Sequence record: SRR20825019_2182
DNA: 20,000 nt
Strand: one strand, 5' to 3'
Shown here: positions 1 to 8,847 of the stretch, in pieces
Numbering within the stretch: position 1 is the first letter of the stretch
Layout of the letters: every line of letters starts with the position of its first letter
Notes under the pieces: generated by a model
Databases searched by the model: none
What the model saw: the letters and a program-made list of their open reading frames with translations, nothing else
Told to the model about the DNA's origin: nothing
Program-made: the position numbers and the translations under genes

Positions 1-680
1 CTCTTCGCATCCAACCATCCGGCTTCACTGTGTGGCCTTTTCCTTTGATATGGTGTCTTGATTCTCCTTTCTAGTTCTATCCTGTTGTTTTGTCGCTCCG
101 CAAGTCGCCTACGTATATCGGCTCTGATGCAAGTCATGTTTGCCCAGTCTCGATCCTCCGCCGCCATATCATCCTCAAACCTCCGCTTGGACATCAGAGC
201 CGCTTTGAGCTCTTGTTCAGGAGATCTTGTAAAGTGTTTTGGGTTTGGTACTTTGTTTTCGAAGAGGTCATTTGTTGTTGGAAATGGATGACCTCTTTCC
301 TTATATGCGCACTTTTGAGTCCCGCCGCTCACGGATTTCCTCGTCAAAACGTATAAGTGTCGTTCACTGCCTTTCAAAGCCACAGACTTAGCGAACAGGT
401 CGCTCATATCGGTGGCGTCTGATCGAGCGTCATCCCAGTTTATGCTGTCGCGACCACTGCGAACGCTGTTCCGAGAGTCACGTCCACTTGTAGTGTTGGG
501 GCGCCGCGGATCATCTAAGCGAAAACTGGGCTCGTGGAAGGATAGCTGTATTTTAGCCCTTTCTTGTAGTTTCTGCATTTCAAGGTTGCCTGCTGGAGAT
601 TCTTCATCACTCTCACTATCTGGTGTCACAAGTCTTTTCCGTTGCACTGGAGGTCCTGGTTCTTCACCTTCGACAAGCAT
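1..680 (-). CDS. Hypothetical protein, 3'-truncated by the window edge; charged, low-complexity, possible coiled coil
   Basis: Manual translation of the minus strand gives a frame open from ATG at 680 to position 1 (MLVEGEEPGPPVQRKRLVTPDSESDEESP...DIRRRLAERQNRIELERRIKTP..., at least 226 codons), with an in-frame TGA just upstream of the ATG. It is absent from the ORF track, presumably because it has no stop in the window. Upstream exons cannot be excluded. Confidence 0.7.
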   Translation of the reverse strand, partial: MLVEGEEPGPPVQRKRLVTPDSESDEESPAGNLEMQKLQERAKIQLSFHEPSFRLDDPRRPNTTSGRDSRNSVRSGRDSINWDDARSDATDMSDLFAKSVALKGSERHLYVLTRKSVSGGTQKCAYKERGHPFPTTNDLFENKVPNPKHFTRSPEQELKAALMSKRRFEDDMAAEDRDWANMTCIRADIRRRLAERQNNRIELERRIKTPYQRKRPHSEAGWLDAK

Positions 681-969
681 GTCGGGTCATGCAACGGAAG
701 ATCTGCCTCTTAAGTTGTTATATTCAAGGCAGAGTCTTTTACGGCTGTATCGATGCCACACGGTGTTGTACTGATGGGTTCCAGTCTGAGTTAGGGACAC
801 TGTATCAGCTGGCTAATGACGGAGCGTTCGACTTGCTTCCACGGCTGCTATTGGGTGTTCGATAAGACGGCCCCAAAGCAGAAAAATGACGGCCATTAGC
901 GGTCTAGGGAGCACCATAGGTAGCTAGCTACCAAGCGAGAGTACTCATCTATCTCGGAAAGGGTACAGT

Positions 970-1790
970 ACGCCGTCCCGCACCCCGGCCGGCCGGCGCT
1001 CAATTCAACTGATCATGGTCCAGTCTGTGCCGGCGGAGGCAGACTGACGGAGCAGGCGCTGGGCCGGGAACTTGTTGGGGCGCAATCGGGCGAATGCGCC
1101 CTATCACGGCAACGCGTTGTAGCGCTCCGTGCAACTGACCGGACCGCCGGGGCCCGTAGTACAGACGGTGAGAGAGGTCATGAACGTCTTCTTCGTTATG
1201 GTAGGGAGGTCAATCGTTATATCCGGACTCATGAAAGTGCGATGCCAGCCGGCGCCAGCAGTCCGGCCGGCAGCCGGGCTCACGCCGGCCGGGCCGTGGT
1301 CCGGCCACCACGCGCGGCCCCGGGCCGCCGGCCCTCCCCGGTCCGCCACTGGCAGTCACGGCCAGGAGCCGCCGCGCTGAGCTGGTGAGCCGGAGCCGCG
1401 CCGCCCGGGGCGGGGGTGCTGTAGGTACGTGCGGTCGGTCGCGGTCCGCGTCCCGGCGGGTCCCCGTGCTGGCGGGCCGGGGTGGGCTAATTTCAAGAAG
1501 GCGTGGTGTTGGGCGCGGCGCCCACCTGCTGACCCGGCACCGGGCCCCGGGGCCGGCGGCGCCGGCCCCGCGTACTCCCACAGGCTCAGGTGATCCAACC
1601 TCACGTGCCGTTGCTCAGCTCAGCCCGCCGCCCGCCGGGCCCGTCACGGGCAGCCCGGCCCGGCCTGCTGCCGGGCCGGGCGGGCGGGCCGCGCCGGGCC
1701 CTGACATGGATGGCAACTTGACTGACCGGCCGGATGGCTGGATCGTCTCAAGCCGCCAGACCAGACCGGCCGGGCACAACCACGGCTGCG
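970..1790. promoter_or_regulatory. GC-rich intergenic island 1, putative bidirectional promoter region
   Basis: Abrupt shift to CCGG/GGCC-rich sequence between the divergent starts at 680 (-) and 2162 (+). Boundaries are approximate and promoter function is inferred from position. Confidence 0.6.
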
Positions 1791-2161
1791 TCACTGGTAC
1801 TGGTCGGGTGGCTGGTGATCCATTGTCATTGGTACACTGTGGCCTGGACTCACGCATGCCGGCTCCACTAAGGCTTCTAGTGACGTCAGCAGTTCCGCAG
1901 ATTGTTTCGGCGAGGGATATCACGGCGCCTGTAGTTGTGCGCTAGAAGGCTTGTAAGGATATGTTTGAAATATTGTCGGGCTGACTGAATAACTCATAGC
2001 GACCTGGGGGCTGGGAGTTCTGAGAATCCAAACTCCTTGCAGTCTTTCGGGTCAGTCTCTTTCTCCAGCTTGTCAAGACGGGAGGCAGTCAGTCAAGTAG
2101 AAGTGGTGGCGACGGAAGCACTGCATACGAGCCGCTTAATAGTTCTGACCAAATAGACGAA

Positions 2162-3042
2162 ATGAATCGAAGAAGAACAAAAGCAGAGATTCGTCTGAAT
2201 GTATATGATTTACATGATGTAAACCAGTACACTTACTGGGCGGGGGTTGGGGTGTTTCACAGTGGAGTGGAGATTCATGGTGTAGGTGGGTACAGCGGGA
2301 TCTCATCGAGTACTGGTCGTCTCTAAGTTGAAGTTGACAGAGTATACTTTTGGAGGTCATCCGTTTTCTTCCACAGGAGTTTTTGAAGTCGAGCCTAAGC
2401 ATGCTCCAGGGGCTAGGTTTAGGGAAAGTGTGGTGCTGGGTACCACGGAACTGTCACACTATGAGATTCAAAGAGAAGTTCATAAGCTGAAAGCCCCGTT
2501 TGCCGGAAACTCTTACAATATTCTTACGAGGTGTGGATGTTTTGTGCTTTTAAGGAGTTTACCGTCTTATTCGGGACTAGGAACTGCAATCACTTTTCCG
2601 ATGAGCTGTGCAAGCACTTGTTGGGTTCGGGAATTCCTGGTTGGACGAATCGCTTGGCATGGATTGGTGCCCAGCCGTGGGTGCAGTGCATGCTACCGCA
2701 GAGCTTGGGCCTTCAAGTTCCAACCGCAGATGGAGGTATGGCACTGTCATTTGCATCTAGGCATCTTGTTGACTTTCCTTCAGGAGTGGGTACGGCAACA
2801 GTGACGGAGGAAAGGCAGCCATTTGTTGCGTTTAGTGGTATTTGCTGCGGTGAGATGTTTTATGGTCTTTATTCTCACTGTTGGATGTAGGGACTGGCAA
2901 CACGTTGAGTAGTAGCGGTGGTGGTGCAACCATGGCAATTCCTGCCGGGGAAAGTATGGAAGAGACGGAACAAGAGCGTAGGGAACGTGCGGCAAATGCC
3001 GCGATGAAGCGGTTGCTTGCACAACAGAAAGATGACAACTAG
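2162..3042 (+). CDS. PPPDE/DeSI-family peptidase (deSUMOylase/deubiquitinase-like, DESI2-like), about 224 aa, with C-terminal SHP-like and VIM motifs
   Basis: Exons 2162-2285, 2341-2530, 2581-2735, 2784-2837, 2891-3042, joined by GT-AG introns of 55, 50, 48 and 53 nt. The spliced protein has LNVYDL, GVFHSGVEIHGVEYTFGGH (catalytic His, 2258-2260) and YNILTRNCNHFS (catalytic Cys, 2585-2587), then IPGWTNRLA. Confidence 0.93.
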
Positions 3043-3174
3043 TAGAACATTCTGTGATAGATGTGAGTTGTGAGCAAATTGTTGCTAGCACAGCCGTTCG
3101 TGTCAGCATGGGCGCAAGTAAATCGAAGTAGCAATTTTTTGGGGAGTGAGTTAATATTACAATACAGAACAGGT

Positions 3175-3681
3175 TTATTGGAGATAGTTCTCCTGGATGT
3201 ACTCCCAGTTTGCATATGCAAAGGCTGAGAGGGCACCAAACACAACAAGGCCAAAGTAATAGCCGGGGTTGGTACGGCCGTCCTGCTTGGGGACGTATGA
3301 TGCCTTTGCCCTTGCTTCGCGGGCAGCCTTAACCTTTGCCCTTGTCTCCTCGTCCATTTTCAACTCGCCCATATAGTACTGGTCCAGCATAGCCCATGCA
3401 TCATCAGAATGTCCAACATCCTCATAATCTTGGGTAGCATCTTTCCCAGCAATCTCGTGCAAAACCTCCTCACCACCAGGGTGCTCTTCAGCGAACTTTG
3501 TGACGTCAAATACCATGTCGTGAATGACCATCCAGCAGTCGTCTGGAGAGCTATGCTTGGCGACTTCCTCAATGGTGAACGACTTGGCATTGGCGCGAGT
3601 GGGGCGTTTGCGCTGATCAACAGGGCGGTCGGAGGCGAAAGGGTTACGCCCGTACTTCTCAGCAAGGTTTGTCTGCTCCAT
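3175..3681 (-). CDS. CYB5: Cytochrome b5, tail-anchored, 168 aa, intronless
   Basis: FTIEEVAKH, DCWMVIHDMVFDVTKF, HPGG heme ligand, AGKDATQDYEDVGHS second His ligand, and a C-terminal hydrophobic segment YYFGLVVFGALSAFAY. Confidence 0.96.
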   Translation of the reverse strand: MEQTNLAEKYGRNPFASDRPVDQRKRPTRANAKSFTIEEVAKHSSPDDCWMVIHDMVFDVTKFAEEHPGGEEVLHEIAGKDATQDYEDVGHSDDAWAMLDQYYMGELKMDEETRAKVKAAREARAKASYVPKQDGRTNPGYYFGLVVFGALSAFAYANWEYIQENYLQ

Positions 3682-3799
3682 TATATTTTTTTGGTTATAA
3701 TTTTACACAGCCGTGGTTGGTATATTTATGTGAGCGCAGGGGGGTTATCACCGACCAGAAAAGAAGAGGGGTGGTAAGTGGCAAGATAGGAAAGAAGTA

Positions 3800-4760
3800 C
3801 TGGGTACCCAGAGCGCCAGGGAAGGGGGGGGGGGGGGTAGCGGGGCCTGGTACGACAGCGGCGCCTTTTGGAGGGTCCCCATGGCTCAATCAAATCCATG
3901 GCACGGGGTCGTCACTGCCAAGACCTAGCTCAGCAGGGCCACCCGGAGCGTGGAGGCGGGTGGCTCAAAATAACTTCACAGCCCACCCAAAAAAGTAAGG
4001 TTAATGATCCCTAGAGGCTAAAATTAGCCGGGTAAGGATAGAAAATAGATCAACTACTAGTCCAAATTAGTAGCGAGTCAGCTTGGGAACGTGGCCGCGG
4101 AGTCGCCGAAGAGATCGGTGTCCGGGTCACGGTTACACGATTGATGCGATTGCCGGGACGTCAGCCCACGCACGGCTGCCAGTTACGTTACGCTGCAACG
4201 TTCAGTTCTGTGGCATGAACAAGGTCCGACTGGTCCGCCTGTCCGGTCACCATCATCCGGCGGCCGTGGGCGGCTCACCGCCCGTGCGACAAAGGCCGGC
4301 CCGCAGGCCATCCGTTTCAGCCAGCCTTATCCAGTCAGGCCCCGGTGACGACCGGCATCATCACGACGGGCTCAGGCATGCGTGTCGAGCCATGACTGCA
4401 AGGCGCATGGCACGCCCCCGACTTTGGGCCGCCGCAGTGGGCCTTCATTGGCCGATCGGGGCGAAAGGCTGGTGGGACCTCTCCACCTTCACCGGGTCTC
4501 GGGGCGCCGCCCGGCCGAGCTCGTGTGAACGTTACGATGATGCCCGGCCTGGTGAGCCGTGCTCTCACCATAATGCGGGCATGCTGGCCCCCTCGGTCCT
4601 GGCTCTACTAGAGACGAACCGGAGTCGTCATGCTGTCGCGGTGTCCCAGATATCACCGAGCCGCGTGCTGCAACCACTCAGGTTCCAGTGCGGTTCGGAT
4701 ACCCTTGCGCTCTCGGCGGATCAACACTACACGGATGAACGACTGGGGCCGCCGGGTGTG
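3800..4760. promoter_or_regulatory. GC-elevated intergenic island 2 (milder than the others), putative bidirectional promoter region
   Basis: Lies between divergent starts 3681 (-) and 4961 (+). Contains a G14 run at 3824-3837 and a CCGG/GGCC-rich part at about 4090-4760. Boundaries are approximate. Confidence 0.5.
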
Positions 4761-4960
4761 TGAACTTTCCTTTTCAAGCACTCTCTGCAACTTTGGTGAA
4801 GTCCTTGCTATCGTTTTCTTTGGAATATAACAATGCTCTTGACAGTTATAAAATCCTTTAAGACACGGGCGCTGAAATCCCCTTTGGCCAAGTGTGTTCA
4901 TCTAGACCTAGAGACTACTTGGGAGCGGCGGTTGTTGGTCGTGTACATAGAATATAAAGA

Positions 4961-5618
4961 ATGGCGGATCCTAGTTTGCGGTGGCGGACCTTGTTCCAGA
5001 ACGAAGAAGATGACAAATATGAGGAAGCTGACGAGTTCATGGAGGTGAGTGCTGCGTGAACCAAGCATGGGGTATGCAACTCACTCCTTGGTAGGATGGT
5101 CTCGAGGATGAATATGTTGATAGTGAAGAGGAGCAGGTTTTAGACTATGATAACGAGCCTGTGCTCTTGCTGAACTGTCGTGGTTGTGGGGAGGAGCTTT
5201 GCTCCAGGGCTATGAGGGTGGTGCTTATCGCAGACAACAAGACTGAGTTGTTCTCAACTGATCAGCGGTCACGGTATGTAGCATCTTCTCTCCTCATCAA
5301 GCCTCTTGACTAAGTGAATATGATAGAAACGTGTCTGTACATGGGCCTGGGTACACAACGCAAAAGTGCTTGTGTGAAATTAGGGATATATATTGCCTGG
5401 AATGTGGCAATGTAGTGGGTTATCACGTGTGCAACGCCTGCGTATCATGTTTGGGGGCAAGTAACAATGGTCACTACTGGCTGTTCCAGCCGACTGATGT
5501 GACTCCAAAGGAGAGAAAAGATGACCATGGAAGGGTTCTCACCTGGGGTGACAACATTCCCAGCGGAGACTACTGCCCAGCTCCAAAGCAATTTTCCCTT
5601 GTATCTATTGGGCGATAG
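4961..5618 (+). CDS. FAM72: FAM72-family protein (Yippee/Mis18-like Zn-binding fold), about 184 aa, with acidic N-terminal extension
   Basis: Exons 4961-5044, 5095-5273, 5327-5618, with introns of 50 and 53 nt. Spliced protein LLNCRGCGEELCSRAMRVVLIADNKTELFSTD...KCLCEIRDIYCLECGNVVGYHVCNACVSCLGASNNGHYWLF matches the FAM72A pattern as recalled (LCCKFC...SRGMKAVLLAD...LFSTD...CLKCGNIVGYHV...CNNGHFWMF). Confidence 0.92.
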
Positions 5619-5839
5619 CTAGGTACAAGCTACTAACCCTACTCACCTTTTTCAATCTCGCTCACAACAAAGTAACAACCCAAAAACAAAACGAATGATA
5701 TAACTTTGATCGAAATGTCGGAAGTGTAAATACAGGGTTTATACGTGGAATTCTACCAGATACTGGGTCAACTTGGGCCACACATGGCCGGTTTGTGGCC
5801 GGGTTCAGTTTTTCAAGCTCGGTGTTCTCACTGAACCGT

Positions 5840-7711
5840 TCACCCTTGTGCAACTCGTGCAGCCTTGTCCTCTTCATCTTCGTCAATCACACGAGTCTGG
5901 GACAATCCAGCCATTTCTCTGTCCAATTGCTCTAGTCGCTCCAATGCTGCCTGCTTCTTCTCATGCCAAGACATACCATCATGCTCCTCTACGATGCTAT
6001 TGTACAGCTGTCATTACAACAGTGAGTTCGCCAGCAACTGGATGAAAACAACCGCGACTCTTACCTTTACAAAACCCTCGAAATCAATAGGAGCCGAGAT
6101 GCTCAGACGAGTCATGTTTTCTTCTATATCCAATGAAGAAATGGAGGAGACAGTTCCCAGTCTTTGGACGACCTCGCGGGCCCCACTTATCGACATTCGT
6201 CTCCTAAGGTCGTGAGAGCCAAGCTGTCGGCAGAACTCTCGACGAATACGAGCGATTTCGACATCTTTCATAACTGGGAGCATGAAATCCTCTAGACCCG
6301 CGTCATCTCCAACCTCCCTTCTTCTCTCCTCAATAAGCTCGAATCGTTTTACCTCCTCCAGTTCTCCTTCTACCTTGCCAAGGCGTTCGGATAACTGTGA
6401 TATTCTCTCCCGCAAGGAATCTCGCTCAACCTCCATTGCTCTTTTCTTCACACCAATTATCCCGAACGCCTCCTCTTCATTGCTGGTCTGGCGCACCTTG
6501 AAGGCGCTGTACATACACATCAAGGTGGTGGTAGAGTTCGGATTGATGGATAACTCAAGCCAGGCTCTCAAACGTCTCTCAAGCACTGCACGCGGATATT
6601 GATCGAGGCCTGACAACAAAGTTGAAATCAAGGTATTTTTTTCTTCGCGCACCCCTAACTCACCTTTAGTAAGAAGACCTCTTCGCTTACAAGCTAGAAG
6701 TAGTTCCTCCTCCGTCATGTTGCTCACTCCTTCCCAGTAGATGTCCTTGTCATCCTTTCTAATGCTACGCATTTCAGTCCTTATAAGCACACGCAAAGTT
6801 CCACTGGTCAAAAACGGGCTGCCAATATTCAGCATGGCACAAATCCTTTGCAAAACGATGCGGGGAACATCATCGAGGGTTATATGCTTGCTAAACAGCG
6901 GCGCAAGCGATTCCATAAACTCATTCGTGTTGACATGTGTGTTCTCGTCCACAATTCTTTCGTAAATATCCACGATCTTCCTGATGTCATCCGTTGAGAC
7001 ATCTTCATTTTCCTTTTCAACTTCTCGGACAAGTTCAATGGCGGCTTGGCTTAGTAGTTCGGCATTGGCCACTTGCTCTTTCACTCTCTTGTCCAAATCA
7101 GCATCGAATTTTTTCTCGTTAAACCTGCGAAGTATTGGCTTGAAGTGACTAGGGAGAATGACCGGGAAAACCCGCACCTGAACAGAGGGTTAGAACGCCA
7201 GAACCGCTCCCATTCCTCCATATGCTTCACTTACCGTCACCAAGTTTGTGATCGTCATTCCTGTAGTCATCACACTAGCCGCAAACGGCAGCACTCGAAA
7301 GAGGTCCGTGGCTGCTTGACGAAGCAAGTGCCTTTCCCTTCGAGTGTGACGATGGCCTTGAGCATACCGCCGTACCAAACGCAGGGACCACTTTAACTCT
7401 TGGTAGAAAAGTCCAAATGCACGCTTATACTCTAAAAAAATCTCTTTCACAATCTCCAGCTTCCTAAAAAGACCCGACCTCCCGTTTTTATGCTCTGGCT
7501 TTGTGGACTTCTCAGTCGTTCTACCTGCTACCACTTTCTGCTCCGTTGAAAACAAGCGTGTTGAAAGACAACGGGTTGCCGAGGCAGGTTGGCGACATAC
7601 AGGAACCACTACCCTCAGACGTGTCATCCCGAACCCAGTACTAGCAGGCACGGTGTACTTCGTCGAGGAAGCTCGCCACACCGGAAGACCAGCACGAACC
7701 AGACGAATCAT
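5840..7711 (-). CDS. LETM1-domain mitochondrial inner membrane protein (LETM1/Mdm38-like), about 585 aa
   Basis: Exons 7711-7235, 7177-6065, 6007-5840, with two 57-nt phase-0 GTAAG...CAG introns. It has an Arg/Ser/Thr-rich presequence-like N terminus, TRRERHLLRQAATDLFRVLPF, FPVILPSHF, ITLDDVPR, IRKDDKDIYWEGVSNMTEEELLLACKRRGL, LRAWLELS, a coiled coil and a degenerate EF-hand-like IDFEGFVKLY. Confidence 0.9.
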
Positions 7712-7809
7712 ATTGAGCGCGTTTCAGGACAAAGTCTAAAGCGCATCAAGAGACTGCTTCCTTGAAATCGCTGACAGGAATATTAATAACTGTGATGAGT
7801 GTGTGACGC

Positions 7810-8727
7810 TACCGTCACTACCGTCGGCTCACGTACGGCCGGGCCGAGCCGGGCGCTGAACTGGTCCGTCCGAGTTAGGGCGCGTGCGGCGGGTGGACCG
7901 GACACGGTCACGGGGCCAGTGAGCGGGCCCGACCGGGTGGCCCTCGGACGGGAGCCCGGCCGACCGGGCCCCGGCGGGCGGCCCGGCGCCGCGGGGCGGC
8001 GCCGCCCCCCCGCCCGGCCCAACCCGCCCGGCCGCGCCGGCCTGGTCAGGTGACCGCACTGACCGGACCGGACCGGGACGGCGTGGCGGGCCCCCGGCAC
8101 TGGCACCCACTGCGGGCCAGGCTCCCCGGCCGGCGGGCTCCAGTGCCGGCCCGCCGGCACACGGGCCGGGCCGCACGCCGCGACTGCGACCATGGCATGC
8201 CCAGCCGGTGTCCGGTGTCCGCCCGGTCCCCGCACGGCCGGCCCAAGGCCCGGCACGCGGTGATCGGACGGGACGCGATGCCGGGTCGAGCCACCGTGCC
8301 GTGGCACGACCGGACCGCGGCCGGCCCGCCGCCCGGGCGGGCGGGTCACTCAAGCGGGGCAGGCGGGTGAGGGTCGCAGCGGCGCGGGGCGCGGCCCGGC
8401 GCCGCGCGGCGCCTCGACTGACGCCGACCGTGCCGTGGGACGGACGTGAGTGACCCGGGACGCGCGGCCGCCGCGGGGGGGCCGGGGCCCGCGGGTCACG
8501 GAGGGTCAGCGCCCCGAGTCGGGGCACTGCAGGCTGAGCCCCCGGCGCCGCGCGCCCGGCCCGGCCCCGGGGCCCGGGGCCGCCGGCCGGGCCGGCCCGC
8601 CTGAGCCCGGGCGGGAGCCCGGCGGAGTCCGGTCGGGGCGGCCTCCGGTCTCCGGTGACGCCGCGGGCAAGCGTCAGGAGCCGCGGCCTCGGGCACGGAA
8701 CCGGGTGCCGACCGGCCCCTCGGTCAC
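7810..8727. promoter_or_regulatory. Extremely GC-rich intergenic island 3, putative bidirectional promoter region
   Basis: Lies between divergent starts 7711 (-) and 8848 (+). Pure G/C runs at 7964-8020 (57 nt) and 8538-8601 (64 nt), and (GACCG)3 at 8061-8075. Confidence 0.65.
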
Positions 8728-8813
8728 ATGAAATACCCGTTTCCCAGTACGGTCAGTCTAGCAGCAAAAGCACTGCCTTCAGGTTCCCACTGACTAAAGA
8801 ATTCTGTGCTCAC

Positions 8814-8823
8814 GTCACGTGAC
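8814..8823. promoter_or_regulatory. GTCACGTGAC palindrome (extended E-box), candidate bHLH/bZIP site
   Basis: Perfect 10-bp palindrome ending about 25 nt upstream of the ATG at 8848, within CACGTCACGTGACTGACTC. Function is inferred. Confidence 0.35.
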
Positions 8824-8847
8824 TGACTCGCGAGCCGACGTAAAGTT

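Noticed and set aside
58-865. Plus-strand ORFs at 58-865, and similar antisense ORFs over LETM1, the WD40 gene and the 7TM gene
   Set aside because: Mostly shadow ORFs opposite or overlapping better-supported coding frames.
1104-1945. Overlapping Arg/Gly/Pro/Ala-rich ORFs in island 1
   Set aside because: Stop codons are rare in very GC-rich DNA. The ORFs occur in several frames on both strands, with no recognisable domain and a composition unlike the real genes.
4083-4763. 226-aa plus-strand ORF in island 2
   Set aside because: It has a TTG start, an Arg/Ala/Pro-rich translation and no motif, so it is best explained by GC content.
7783-8731. Multiple 66-232 aa ORFs in island 3
   Set aside because: Compositional artefacts of near-pure G/C sequence.
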